Positions 38,147 to 51,180 of a stretch of DNA of 64,000 nucleotides are shown piece by piece; position 1 is the stretch's first letter, and every line of letters starts with the position of its first letter. The stretch comes from Felis catus (Eukaryota). The position numbers and the translations under genes are program-made. Location: the NCBI RefSeq assembly GCF_018350175.1, contig NC_058368.1, forward strand, positions 222,768,001 through 222,832,000, in the 5' to 3' direction. Under the pieces are notes generated by a model that was given only the letters and a program-made list of their open reading frames with translations, had not been told where the DNA came from and ran no database searches.

Positions 38147-41100
38147 TCAGGATCCACATAAGAGTGAAAACATATGGTATCTATCTTTCTCTGTATGGCT
38201 TATTTCACTTAGCATCACACTCTCCAGTTCCATCCACGTTGCTACAAAGGGCCATATTTCATTCTTTCTCATTGCCACGTAGTACTCCATTGTGTATATA
38301 AACCACAATTTCTTTATCCATTCATCAGTTGATGGACATTTAGGCTCTTTCCATAATTTGGCTATTGTTGAGAGTGCTGCTATAAACATTGGGGTACAAG
38401 TGCCCCTATGCATCAGTACTCCTCTATCCCTTGGGTAAATTCCTAGCAGTTCTATTGCTGGGTCATAGGGTAGGTCTATTTTTAATTTTCTGAGGAACCT
38501 CCACACTGTTTTCCAGAGTGGCTGCACCAATTTGCATTCCCACCAACAGTGCAAGAGGGTTCCTGTTTCTCCACATCCTCTCTAGGATCTATAGTCTCCT
38601 GATTTGTTCATTTTGGCCACTCTGACTGGCGTGAGGTGATATCTGAGTGTGGTTTTGATTTGTATTTCCCTGATGAGGAGCGACGTTGAGCATTTTTCAT
38701 GTTCCTGTTGGCCATCCGGATGTCTTCTTTAGAGAAGTGTCTATTCATGTTTTCTGCCCATTTCTTCACTGGGTTATTTGTTTTTCAGGTGTGGAGTTTG
38801 GTGAGCTCTTTATAGATTTTGGATACTAGCCCTTTGTCCGATATGTCATTTGCAAGTATCTTTTCCCCTTCTGTTGGTTGTCTTTTAGTTTTGTTGGTTG
38901 TTTCCTTTGCTGTGCAGAAGCTTTTTAGCTTCATAAGGTCCCAGTAGTTCATTTTTCCTTTTAATTCCCTTGCCTTTGGGGATGTGTCAAGTAAGACATT
39001 GCTGTGGCTGAGGTCAGAGAGGTCTTTTCCTGCTTTCTCCTCTAGGGTTTTGATGGTTTCCTGTCTCACATTCAGGTCCTTTACCCATTTTGAGTTTATT
39101 TTTGTGAATGGTGTGAGAAAGTGTTCTAGTATTAACCTTCTGCATGTTGCTGTCCAGTTCTCCCAGCAGCATTTGTTAAAGAGACTGTTTTTTTTTCCAT
39201 TGGATGTTCTTTCCTGTTTTGTCAAAGATGAGTTGGCCATACGTTTGTGGGTCTAGTTCTGGGGTTTCTATTCTATTCCATTGGTCTATGTGTCTGTTTT
39301 TGTGCCGATACCATGCTGTCTTGATTATTACAGCTTTGTAGTAGAAGCTAAAGTCTGGGATTGTGATGCCTCCTGCTTTGGTCTTCTTCTTCAAAATTAC
39401 TTTGGCTATTTGGGGCCTTTTGTGTTTCCATATGAATTTTAGGATTGCTTGTTCTAGTTTCGAGAAGAATGCTGGTGCAATTTTGATTGGGATTGCATTG
39501 AATGTGTAGATAGCTTTGGATAGTATTGACAGTTTGACAATATTTATTCTTCCAATCCATGAGCAGGGAATGTCTTTCCATTTCTCTATATCTTCTTCAA
39601 TTACCTTCATAAGCTTTCTATAGTTTTCAGCATACAGATCTTTTACATCTTTGGTTAGATTTATTCCTAGGTATTTTATGCTTCCTGGTGCAATTGTGAA
39701 TGGGATCAGTTTCTTTATTTGTCTTTCTGTTGCTTCATTATTAGTGTATAAGAATGCAACTGATTTCTGTACATTGATTTTGTATCCTGCAACTTTGCTA
39801 AATTCATGTATCAGTTCTAGCAGACTTCTGGTGGAGTCTATCGGATTTTCCATGTATAATATCATGTCATCTACAAAAAGTGAAAGCTTGACTTCATCTT
39901 TGCCAATTTTGATGCCTTTGATTTCCTTTTGTTGTCTGATTGCTGATGCTAGAACTTCCAGCACTATGTTAAACAACAGCGGTGAGAGTGGGCATCCCTG
40001 TCGTGTTCCTGATCTCAGGGAAAAAGCTCTCAGTTTTTTCCCATTGAGGATGATGTTAGCTGTGGGCTTTTCATAAATGGCTTTTATGATGTTTAAGTAT
40101 GTTCCTTCTATTCCGACTTTCTCAAGGGTTTTTATTAAGAAAGTTGCTGAATTTTGTCAAAGGCCTTTTCTGCATCGATTGACAGGATCATATGGTTCTT
40201 ATCTTTTCTTTTATTAATGTGATGTATCACATTGATTGATTTGCGAATGTTGAACCAGCCCTGCCTCCCAGGAATGAATCCCACTTGATCATGGTGAATA
40301 ATTCTTTTATATGCTGTTGAATTCGATTTGCTAGTATCTTATTGAGAATTTTTGCATCCATATTCATCAGGGATATTGGCCTGTAGTTCTCTTTTTTTAC
40401 TGGGTCTCTGTATGGTTTAGGAATCCAAGTAATACTGGCTTCCTAGAATGAGTCTGGAAATTTTCCTTCCCTTTCTACCGTTTGGAATAGCTTGAGAAGG
40501 ATAGGTATTATCTCTGCTTTAAACGTCTGGTAGAACTCCCCTGGGAAGCCATCTGGACCTGAACTCTCATTTGTTGGGAGATTTTTGATAACTGATTCAA
40601 TTTCTCGCTGGTTATGGGTGTGTTCAAGCTTTCTATTTCCTCCTGATTGAGTTTTGGAAGCGTATGGGTGTTTAGGAATTTGTCCACTTCTTCCAGGTTG
40701 TCCAGTTTGTTGGCATATAATTTTTCATAGTATTCCCTGATAATTGCATTTCCCTTGTATTTCTGAGGGATTGGTTGTAATAATTCCATTTTCATTCAAG
40801 ATTTTATCTCTGGATGATATCCCTTTTCTTTTTGAGAAGCCCGGCTAGAGGTTTATCAATTTTGTTCATTTTTTCAAAAAACCAACTCTTGGTTTCGTTG
40901 ATCTGCTCTACGGTTTTTTTTAGATTCTATATTGTTTATTTCTGCTCTGATCTTTATTATTTCTCTTCTTCTGCTGGGTTTAGGCTGTCTTTGCTGTTCC
41001 GCTTCTATTTCCTTTAGGTGTGCTGTTAGAGTTTGTATTTGGGATTTTTCTTATTTCCTGAGATAGGCCTGGATTGCAATGTATTTGCCTCTCAGGACTG

Positions 41101-41976
41101 CCTTCACTGCATCCCAAGGCGTTTGGATTGTTGTATTTTCATTTTCATTTGTTTCCATATATTTTTTTAATTTCTTCTCTAATTGCCTGGTTGACCCACT
41201 CATTCTTTAGTAGGGTGTTCTTTAACTTTCATGCTTTTGGAGGTTTTCCAGACTTTTTTCTGTGGTTGATTTCAAGCTTCATAGCATTGTGGTCTGAAAG
41301 TATGCCTGGTATGATTTCAATTCTTGTATACTTATGAAGGGCTGTTTTGTGACCCAGTATATGATCCATCTTGGAGAATGTTCCATGTGCACTCGAGAAG
41401 AAAGTATCTTCTGTTGCTTTGGGATGCAGAGTTCTAAATATATCTGTCAAGTCCATCTGATCCAATGTCTCATTCAGGGCCCTTGTTTCTTTATTGACCA
41501 TGTGTCTAGATGATCTATCCATTTCTGTAAGTGGAGTGTTAAAGTCCCCTGCAGTTACCACATTCTTATCAATAAGGTTGCTTATGTTTATGAGTAATTG
41601 TTTTATATATTTGGGGGCTCCGGTATTCGGCGCATAGATATTTATAATTGTTAGCTCTTTCTGATGGATAGACCTTGTGATTATTATATAAGCCCTTCTT
41701 CATCTCTTGTTACAGCCTTTAATTTAAATCTAGTTTGTCTGATATAAGTATGGCTACTCCAGCTTTCTTTTGCCTTCCAGTAGGATGATAAATAGTTCTC
41801 CATCCCCTCACTCTCAATCTGAAGGTGTCCTCAGGTCTAAAATGAGTCTCTTGTAGACAGCAAATAGATGGGTCATGTTTTTTTTTAATCCATTCTGATA
41901 CCCTGTGTCTTTTGGTTGGCGCATTTAGTCCATTTACATTCAGTGTTATTATAGAAAGATATGGGTTTAGAGTCAT
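38147..41976 (-). pseudogene. L1 ORF2p (APE endonuclease, reverse transcriptase, C-terminal Cys-rich domain), frameshifted
   Basis: Fragments MTLNPYLSIITLNVNGLN...CCLQETH, GDFNTPL...[22 protein letters not shown]...[28 protein letters not shown]; the 3830-bp span matches a complete ORF2 but is split across many frames. Confidence 0.95.
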
Positions 41977-42026
41977 TGTGATGTCCGTAGGTTTCATGCT
42001 TGTAGCAACGTCTCTGGTACTTTGTC

Positions 42027-42915
42027 TCACAGGATCCCCCTTAGGATCTCTGGTAGGGCTGGTGTAGTGGTGACGAATTCCTTCAGTTTTTGTTTGTTTG
42101 GGAAGACCTTTATCTCTCTTTCTATTCTAAATGACAGACTTGCTGGATAGAGGATTCTCGGCTGCATATTTTTTCTGTTCATCACATGGAAGATCTCCTG
42201 CCAATCCTCTGGCCTGCCAAGTTTCAGAAGACAGATCTGTCATGAGTCTTATAGGTCTCCCTTTATATGTTAGGGCACGTTTATCAGTCACTGCTTTCAG
42301 AATTTTCTCTTTATCCTTGTATTTTGCCAGTTTCACTAAGATTATGTAGTGCAGAAGATCGATTCAAGTTACATCTGAAGGGAGTTCTCTGTGCCTCTTG
42401 GATTTCAATGCCTTTTTCCTTCCCCAGTTCAGGGAAGTTCTCAGCTATTATTTCTTCAAGTACCCCTTCAGCACCTTTCCCTCTCTCTTCCTCCTCTGGA
42501 ATACCAATTATGCGTATATTATTTCTTTTTAGTGCATCACTTAGTTCTCTAATTTTCCCCTCATACTGCTGGATTTTTTTATCTTTTTCTCAGCTTCCTC
42601 TTTTTCCATAACTTTATCTTCTAGTTCACCTATTCTCTCCTTTGCTTCTTCAATCCGAGCCGTGGTGGTTTCCATTTTGTTATGCATTTTGTTTAAAGTG
42701 TTTTTCAGCTCCTCGTGACTGTTCCTTAGTCCCTTGATCTCTGTAGCAAGAGATTCTCTGCTGTCCTCTATACTGTTTTCAAGCCCAGCGATTAATTTTA
42801 TGACTATTATTCTAAATTCACTTTCTGTTATATTATTTAAATCCTTTTTGATCAGCTCATTAGCTGTTGTTATTTCCTGGAGATTCTTCTGAGGGGAATT
42901 CTTCTGCTTGGTCAT
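42027..42915 (-). pseudogene. L1 ORF1p (coiled-coil RNA-binding protein), frameshifted
   Basis: MTKQKNSPQK...EFRIIVIKLIAGLE...RIEEAKERIGELED, then KDKEKILKA...TYKGRPIRL..DLSSETWQAR; stop near 42027. Confidence 0.93.
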
Positions 42916-43830
42916 TTTGGATAGTCCCTGGCGTGGTGAGGACCTGCAGGGCACTTCCCCTGTGCTCTGGTGTATAACTGGAGTTGGTGGGCGGGGCCGC
43001 AGTCAGACCTGATGTCTGCCCCCAGCCCACCGCTGGGGCCACAGTCAGACTGGTGTGTGCCTTCTCTTCCCCTCTCCTAGGGGCGGGATTCACTGTGGGG
43101 TGGTGTGGCCCGTCTGGGCTACTTGCACACTGCCAGGCTTGTGATGCTGGGGATCTGGCGTATTAGCTGGGGTGGGTAGGCAAGGTGCACGGGGGCAGGA
43201 GGGGCAGGCTTAACTCGCTTCTCCTTAGGTGATCCACTTCAGGAGGGGCCCTGTGGCAGCGGGAGGGAGTCAGACCCGCAGGAGGGATGGCTCCGCAGAA
43301 GCACAGCGTTGGATGTTTGTGAGGTACAAGCAAGTTCCCTGGCAGGAACTGGTTCCCTTTGGGATTTTGGCTGGGGTATGGGCGAGGGAGATGGCGCTGG
43401 CGAGCGCCTTTATTCCCCGCCAAGCTGAGCTCTGTCGTCAGGGGCTCAGCATCTCTCCCTCCCTTTGTCCTCCAGCCTTCCTGCTTTCCGAGCAGAGCTG
43501 TTAACTTATGACCTCCCAGATGCTAAGTCCCGCTTGCCATTGGAACCCACTCCATCAGGCCCCTCAGCTTTTGCAAGCCAGACTCGGGGGCTCTGCTTGG
43601 CAGGCGGGCTGCCCCTCCACCCAGGCTCCCTCCTGCCAATCCATGCAGCATACACGCCTCGCCGCCCTTCCTATCCTCTCTGTGGGCCTCTCGTCTGTGC
43701 TTGGCTCAGGAGACTCCGTTCTGCTAATCCTCTGGTGGTTTTCTGGGCTATTTAGGCAGGTGTGGCTGGAATCTAAGTGATCAGCAGGATGCATGGTGAG
43801 CCCATTGTCCTCCTACCCCTCCATCTTCCC
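42916..43830 (-). promoter_or_regulatory. L1 5'UTR with internal Pol II promoter
   Basis: The longest GC-rich stretch in the window, directly upstream of ORF1; begins with a YY1-type AAGATGG motif. Confidence 0.75.
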
Positions 43831-43875
43831 GAGACTTAATTTTTTCAATGAAAGGTCTCTGTTATTACAAAATAG

Positions 43876-43882
<7 letters not shown>

Positions 43883-43915
<33 letters not shown>

Positions 43916-43919
43916 ACAT

Positions 43920-44003
<84 letters not shown>
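43883..44003. repeat. (TA)n/(TG)n compound microsatellite
   Basis: Direct read. Confidence 0.95.
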
Positions 44004-44009
<6 letters not shown>

Positions 44010-46298
44010 AACCCAAGAGAGGGAAAAATAAATCTCAACATTACTGCCTAAGTGGAATTTAATCCCTAATAGATCTCCATTTATATTTTGGGTGTTTATT
44101 CTATTTGTTAATTTTATAGGTACTTCTGGCTTTCTGTTTAGATTTGGTTGTTTCAATACCCTGAATGATTCAAGAAACAAAAAAACAAAAGAACAAAGAT
44201 TATTTCTTTTAATTATGTTAAGAATTAATTAGTTTCTTGCTTCTTCACAGGTATGTGATATGTATTCAATCTGGGCTCTAGGAAGTTACTTTTACACATG
44301 GGGGGGGGCAAAAGTACATGGATGGTAGTCAGTTGCACAGAGTCATAGAATGGGTCAATGGGCAAACTCGTAAAGACACCTGAATAATCTCACCACAGCC
44401 TCACAGTCTTAGCATGATGCTCTCTGGGTTGAAAAACATCGTTTGGAGATGGTCACCATGTGTTAGAATCTAGACTCAAAGATTCTAGGGCTGCATGACC
44501 ATGTTAACTGTGAACTTCAGTTTCCCCATCTGTAATGGCCATATCACACACCTCGTACTATGAAAATTGTTTAACTCAGTACATACAATGTGTTCCATTT
44601 GCCACATGACAGGTGCCCAGTAGACTGTGTCTTCTACAATGTGCCGGGGATTTGGTACTATTTTTCTTCATAGAGCACAATTGTTTTGTTTAATTTTTCA
44701 CCAAATTTTAAATTAAAAGAAAAAAACATGATCTTCCGATTTTACAACTAATTTATTGCATGCATTTGTGCTTCCTTTTTTTACTAAAACAAACCCAAAA
44801 TATTTGTAAAATGTCTTGCAACAATTTGTCCCCCTAGGTCTCCCACGTATGTAAGGATTATATGCATTTGAAGAAATAATTTCTCCAAGAGAATTCTGGG
44901 GAGAATAAATAAATGACACAAATATTGAGTTCTTTATGAAAAAACTTTTGTCTCAAACAATATTTATAAAATAGGGATTCATTTGGAATGAGCTTTAACA
45001 ACTACCCAATAACTTTGCTGAATAAATACAGACTGCTGTTGGCATAATCATTTCAGATATTTGCCTTTATTTAAAATTATAGTAAAACATTTGTTATACA
45101 ATGATACTTACTCTGAAGGTTATCTAATATACCATATCCTTTCACTTTAATTTTTGGATAAATATCACAGTTACTGCAAACATCCTATTATGTTAAAGTT
45201 TATGCAAAATGCAGTTTCTATTTGCTCAGAAGTATGCCAGGCTTCCTCTCTTCAACACATCACACTGGTAAAAAACATAAAAGCTGTATATTCCTTTTGT
45301 GTCCTATTCATATTTATAATTTTTAGAGAAATTTCAAAACCGGGGAAGAAAGAGGGTAAACATACAACTGTTGTCATTCGACTTGGACCTGGCTATCAAT
45401 AATTATTATTTGTCATTTATATTAGAGGTTTCCTTCATTGGATTATATAATTAATTGGCCAAAATATGCAATGGGTTTGTACCTCTAAGATGAGGAAACA
45501 CTTTCTTTCCTCTTTCTCTTTTCTCTTCTTTTCATAAATAATAATTTAAAGGGCATGGTAACTTATTCCATCTCCTATCTCCCCTTCTCCATAAGCTGAA
45601 TCTCTCTGGGTAGAAGACATGCTGGGAGGCAGCAGACAGACAAACTCCACAGGAATTTTGAATGAAAATGGGGGTAAGGCTGAGACTGTAAAGGAGAACT
45701 TTATACTCTCCCTTGAGGAGAGAGGTTGCATGAGAGACTCACCCAGAAAAAGGAAGCCGAGTTATCACGAAGGGAAGGAAGAACATTTGTGTTATTTTAC
45801 ACTCCCCTCCAGAACATCAATATTTTATGGGCTTCTCCCTTGGGAACTGATAGAAGATTCTATCTCCACTAAGTAAAAATGCATATAGCTCCCTTTGAAG
45901 GATTGCCTGTTACCATCTAGATAGGTGGGGAAATTACTAATGCTTGCACTTTTCAAGGAAAAATTTTCTTATTACTTTTCCTTGTTTTATTTTTCCCTGT
46001 ATCTGAAGGGGGAAAAAAGTGCAAAGGTAAGGGAGGAAAAGAAGTACGAAACAATACATATTATTTGTGATCCATTATGGTTATATATGTTCTATATTAA
46101 AGCACACTGGGCAGAAGAAAAATGACAGTTTTCTAATTAGAAAAGTGGAAACTTTCAGCTAATGAATTTCCAACTCCAAAGTAATACTACATGTTACATT
46201 GCTGCATACAGACTTTTTTATTCCTGGAACATTAAGACTGATTAAACAGTGTCCAATAGATTTGAGTCATAACTTGGTATAGCCAAAACTAACCATTT

Positions 46299-46527
46299 AT
46301 TTTATTTATTTAGTTACTGTTTTATTTTATTTTATTTTATTTTATTTTATTTTATTTTGAGAGAGAGAGAGAGAGAGAGAGAGAGGCAAAAAGGGAGGGA
46401 GAGAGGAGAATCCCAGACAGGCTCCAAACTATCGGCACAGAGCCCGACACGGGGCTCAAACTCACAAACCATGCGATCATGACCTGAACTGAAGTCAGAC
46501 GCTTAACCCACTGGGCCACCCAAGTGC
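46299..46527 (-). mobile_element. Can-SINE with (TTTTA)n tail
   Basis: Approximate TSD actaacc(a/g)ttt. Confidence 0.92.
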
Positions 46528-49444
46528 AGAATAATACTAACCGTTTCTTAAAAATTAACACAAATTATGTGTTCACTTTCTAAAAGGAATGGGGCAGTAA
46601 CAATAAGTGCAAGAGGATCTGTAGTAAAAGAAACAAAAGGAGAAAAATAGAGCTAATTGGCAAGTGGCCAGGTCATGGATTTACTAATTAAAATAATATT
46701 GAATAATATCGTCATTTGGCAATCTAATATTATAACCTGATGGGATGAATTATTTATTTCAGAAACCCCAAATGTTTATTTTACGAAATAAAAAAAAATC
46801 TTAGCCTCAAGTTGTTCTCTAATTTTGTCATACCCTGACTCCCCATACCTGCTTAAAGTATATGTACCACGTGAAAAGGATATTTTACTTTAAGTAAACG
46901 TGAGAGGGAAGGAAGATAATATGATAAATTCAAATGTACAAGAAATGTTGTGTGTTGGTTGTTTTCCTAAAATGCTGATCGCCAAAAGGAAACATGTAAG
47001 GATTTTACAGTGGTATATGTACAAAATAAACCTTGGAACTTGTATTGTCTGCCATTTGTAGTGGAACATGGCCAAAGTTTTATGATTTTAAAGTTAGAGG
47101 GGGCTTACTTGAGACATTTTAAAAATAGAGAAAGATATAAAGAATATTAGAACACATAACAGTTTAATTTTATTAAATATATTTAAACTTTTTAATTGTT
47201 ACCCTTTGAAATTTTTGCTTGTCTTTTATTATGTAGAGGTTCAAATATAAGGATTAAAATGTGTAGAACAAAATGGAAGAATTTTTTGAAGCTTTGATTC
47301 TAGTACATTTTTCTTTTAACTTACACAACTTGAGAACGTCAAAGGAAAATGGTGGTGAAGAAATACGCACCTGAGGGCAATTTTTTTCAAGTGGTATGCT
47401 GTGATGTTATTTTTAAAGACAATTTCTTGCTGAATTTCTGTAGAAAATTAAAGAGAAATTCACAATTAAAAATATTGGGCTCCAAAAGCCATGTTTCTGT
47501 GATACATTTCTACTTCCCTCCATATTTTTTTTCTGTACACAAAAAGAAATCATCAGGACAATGTCAGCTGGTAAATTTCTAAGATTGATTGAGCTGATAC
47601 ATACAGTGAGTGAACATGGTCATTTATACTGAAATTTAATCCTCACGGTAGATTTCTTCTGTAACAATTAAAATGTGGAATTCAAAGTTTTATTACAAAA
47701 ATTAATGTCATTCACTCAAAACCCTCCATATTTCACTATAAATGTTTAATATCCACTGTCATAAACTACCTTTCAATATAATACCTATATTATAGGAGAA
47801 GTATATATACTCAGAAGAATAGGACTACTTACACTCTCTGGAATTTGCCTTATATTTATCTAATTACTACATCTTTATTTTTGGTTAAGGTATCTTTCCC
47901 TATCTTAATTCTAGATTGAAACATATGAGTACATCAAGCCTCATGCTAATTTAATTTCTTCTCTAGATAACATTCCCACCAAAGTAGTCAGAATTCACCT
48001 TTAGTTCCTCCATTTTCCTTTGTGCATTATTTATACTTAATTTTAGGCAATTACCGCAAAATGCCTTGTATTATATTGTTAGCTCTATATTTATAAATGT
48101 GCCCAAACAAGGCAGATGACACTATGCATCAGAATATAAGTATACAATAACATTTATTGTGATGATTTGTCTTCATTTTATTTAAAGATGTCACTGAGAA
48201 TTCTCTATCATAGACTTGCTCGAACCATACTCTAAGTCTAGATGGTGGCTCTTAATGTGTTGGCTTTTTCACCCAATGCCAACTTCCCTAGTTGGTGATA
48301 TAGATTACTTTTAATGACTTGGTTTTTAAAATCAATTCTTGAGCTCTGTTCCTTTTCTCATATTATCTGAATTTATAGTAACAACCCAGAAGGACTCTGT
48401 TCAAGTCTTGTCCTCTTTACAGGTACACTTGCCTAAAAAATGGGTCTATGTGATATTTGCTTACACATATGGACTCAGGAAAAAGAATGAAGTGAAAATT
48501 CTCCTTTGGAGAAATTTGACGGAATTGGAATTTGGAAGAATGCCATTCTATTCCTGTTGGGTAACAAATTTTACTAACCACTCGTGTCAGTTCTTCTAAG
48601 AAAAAAACCACAAGTGTTGTTAATCACAGAATAAATACGTGTTAACACTGCTTAAAACAGAAAGTGTTAGAATTCTTACTCATATTTGAGGTTTTATTGA
48701 ATTTCAAGTTTAATATAATGCATCATACATGATCCAATAAGAAATACATTTCCTGTCCTTTCCCAAATATTTCTTAAAGCACGATAGACCTTGCAAAATG
48801 TTATGCTGTGTTTCTTCTGTTTGCTTTGGCTGTCTTCGGAGACTTTTCCTCTTTGTAAAATGAGGAAATTAATTTTTTTCTAAGGCGCTTTTTCCTTCTA
48901 CTATGTAATTATCCTAAATCCTTGAGTAAATCTCTTGAACGCAGTATAAATAGAACAAATTCAGGAACGTTTTTAGTGATTGTACCAAAATATTTGAAAT
49001 CATCTGTAGCTTCCTTTTCTGACTGAATACAAACTTGAATATCAAATGAAAATAGTGAAAAGCTTATCCAGGGTTTTGACTGATGTAGTTTTATGGTTGC
49101 TATACTTTATTCCCTCTGATAAGTGTTTGTCATTGTCCGAGCACTGTGTTAAGCATGTCAAGCACTGTTTCACTCAATTGCTTCACCAATACAATGAGAT
49201 GAAGTCTATGATAATCTCAGTTGCCCAGATCAGAAAGATGAGGTTTGAAGGAGTGGAATAATGTGATGAGATCACTGGCAAGGAGATTTCCCATGAGACC
49301 TCACACTCTTAAAAGTTATGTAAAATGTTCTCATCTAACCCTCCTGTACGAGGTGGGGAATCAATAACATTAGAGGGTCATTATGGGGGGGAGTATTTAG
49401 TAACATTTGAAAATGTTAAAATAAAACTTCTATACATCACTTTA

Positions 49445-49673
49445 TTATTATTTTTTATTTAAAAATATTTTTGTAATGTTTATTCAGTTTTCCGAGACAG
49501 AGAGAGAGCGCAAGCAGGCAGGGGCAGAGTGGGGGGAGACACGAAATCTGAAGCAGGCTCCAGACTCTGAGCTGTCACACAGAGCCTGACATGGGGCTGG
49601 AACCCACCAACGCTGAGATCATGACTTGAACCGAAGTTGGAGGTTTAACCCACTGAGCCACCCAGGTGCTCCC
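49445..49673 (-). mobile_element. Can-SINE
   Basis: Reverse SINE; TSD ttctata(c/t)atcacttta at 49428-49444 and 49713-49729. Confidence 0.93.
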
Positions 49674-50003
49674 CCACGGCCCTTTTTTAAAATGTTTTCT
49701 AACGTTTAAAAATTCTATATATCACTTTAAAGCAGACATGATAGAGATCCTACCAGGAGTAAGAGGAGGACCATGGGTAACAGTAGGATCTTCCGCATTT
49801 GTGATCAGGACTCATTTGATTGGCTACGTAATTCTTCACAAGGATTTGCAGTCAGAATAGTTTTGACTTTTATGATTTTCAGTTACTACAAAACTTATAT
49901 ATGTAATTGTGTGTGAGTGTGTATAATGAGTACATTGTGATAGAGTGGATTAAGAGACTGAAAGCTCAAGAAAACGGTTTCATTTTTAGTATGGTTTTAC
50001 TTT

Positions 50004-50212
50004 GAGGCGCCTGAGTGGCTCGGTCAGTTGAGCATCCGATCGGACTTGGCTCAGGTCATGATCTCATGGTTCATGGGTTCAAGTTGAGCATCGGGCTCAC
50101 TGCTGTCAGCACAGAGCCCACATAGGATCTTCTGTCCTCTCCTCTGTCTTCCCTCCCCCGCTCACATGCTCTCTTTCACAAATGAATAAACATTTTAAAA
50201 CATAAATAAATA
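50004..50212 (+). mobile_element. Can-SINE (first of a head-to-tail pair)
   Basis: 'gaggcgcctgagtggctcggtcag'...'aataaacattttaaaa'. Confidence 0.92.
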
Positions 50213-50450
50213 GGGGTGCCTGGGTGGCTCAGTTGGTTAAGCGTCCAACTTAGGCTCAGGTCAGGATCTCGCAGTCCATGAGTTCGAGCCCTGCGTTGGG
50301 CTCTGTGCTGACAGCTCAGAGCCTGGAGCCTCTTTCAGATTCTGTGTCTCCCTCTCTCTGACCTTCCCCTGCTCACGCTCTGTCTCTGTCTCAAAAATAA
50401 ATAAAAACATTAAAAAATTATTTAAAAAATAAAAATTAATTAATTAAATA
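50213..50450 (+). mobile_element. Can-SINE inserted in the tail of the previous SINE
   Basis: GGGGTGCCTGGGTGG head directly after 'taaataaata'. Confidence 0.93.
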
Positions 50451-50639
50451 AATTTCTCTTATTTTGTTAACAAAAGTAAAAATCCATATTTATAAATGAA
50501 GAATAAAATAAAAAGGTAATAATAAAATATCAAAAAGAAAGTGAAAAAGATAAAAAGTGTAATAATTTTTCCAATTCTCTGAGGTTTCTCTTTATCAAAC
50601 TCATAAAACACTTTGTCCTGAGAATGGTGATAACATGAC

Positions 50640-50880
50640 TAATAATTACAAAGTTCTTCCTACTGCTAAGTGCAGTGATAATTTATTACTGTGAATTATC
50701 TAATTCCCACAAAACTATGATTCTGTTTTATTAATTTTGTGTTATTAAATATCAGAGAAGTGAGGCACAAAGGGGCCATGTAACTTGACCAAGGTCACAC
50801 AGAAAATGAGAGAGCTGGAGTCTGAACCAATGGAGTCTGAGTTTAGACCAAAGCTCATAGCCCCTATCATATACTGTCTC
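50640..50880 (-). mobile_element. MIR, degenerate
   Basis: 'gagaagtgaggcacaaaggggccatgtaacttgaccaaggtcacacag...gagctggagtctgaacc'. Confidence 0.7.
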
Positions 50881-50937
50881 ACATTTGATTAAAATCTGTA
50901 TGTACCACATCAGTTCCTTTTTAAAAAATTAAGATAA

Positions 50938-51129
50938 GGGACCCCTGAGTGGCTCAGTCAGTTAAGTGACTGACTTCTGTTCAGGTCATGATCTAATGGT
51001 TCATGAGTTCAAATACCGCATCTGGCTCTGTGCTGACAGCTCAGAGCCTGGAGCCTGCTTCACAGATTTTGTCTCCCTCTCTCTCTGCCCCTCCCCCATT
51101 CATGCTCTGTCTCTGTCTCGCCCTCAAAA

Positions 51130-51164
<35 letters not shown>

Positions 51165-51180
51165 ACGTTGAAAAAAATTA
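50938..51180 (+). mobile_element. Can-SINE with (TAAA)n tail
   Basis: TSD aaaaattaaga(t/c)aa. Confidence 0.94.

Larger units (their letters stand above)
37921..43830 (-). mobile_element. Full-length felid LINE-1 (L1_Fc-like), ~5.9 kb, inactivated
   Basis: Minus strand starts GGGAAGATGG; GC-rich 5'UTR, ORF1, short spacer, ORF2, 3'UTR with AATAAA (37941-37946); TSD gagacttaa(c/t)tttt at 37908 and 43831. Confidence 0.97.

Noticed and set aside
39651..43780. Plus-strand ORFs of up to 141 aa overlapping the L1
   Set aside because: Antisense frames of L1 ORF2, ORF1 and the 5'UTR, with no independent evidence of coding
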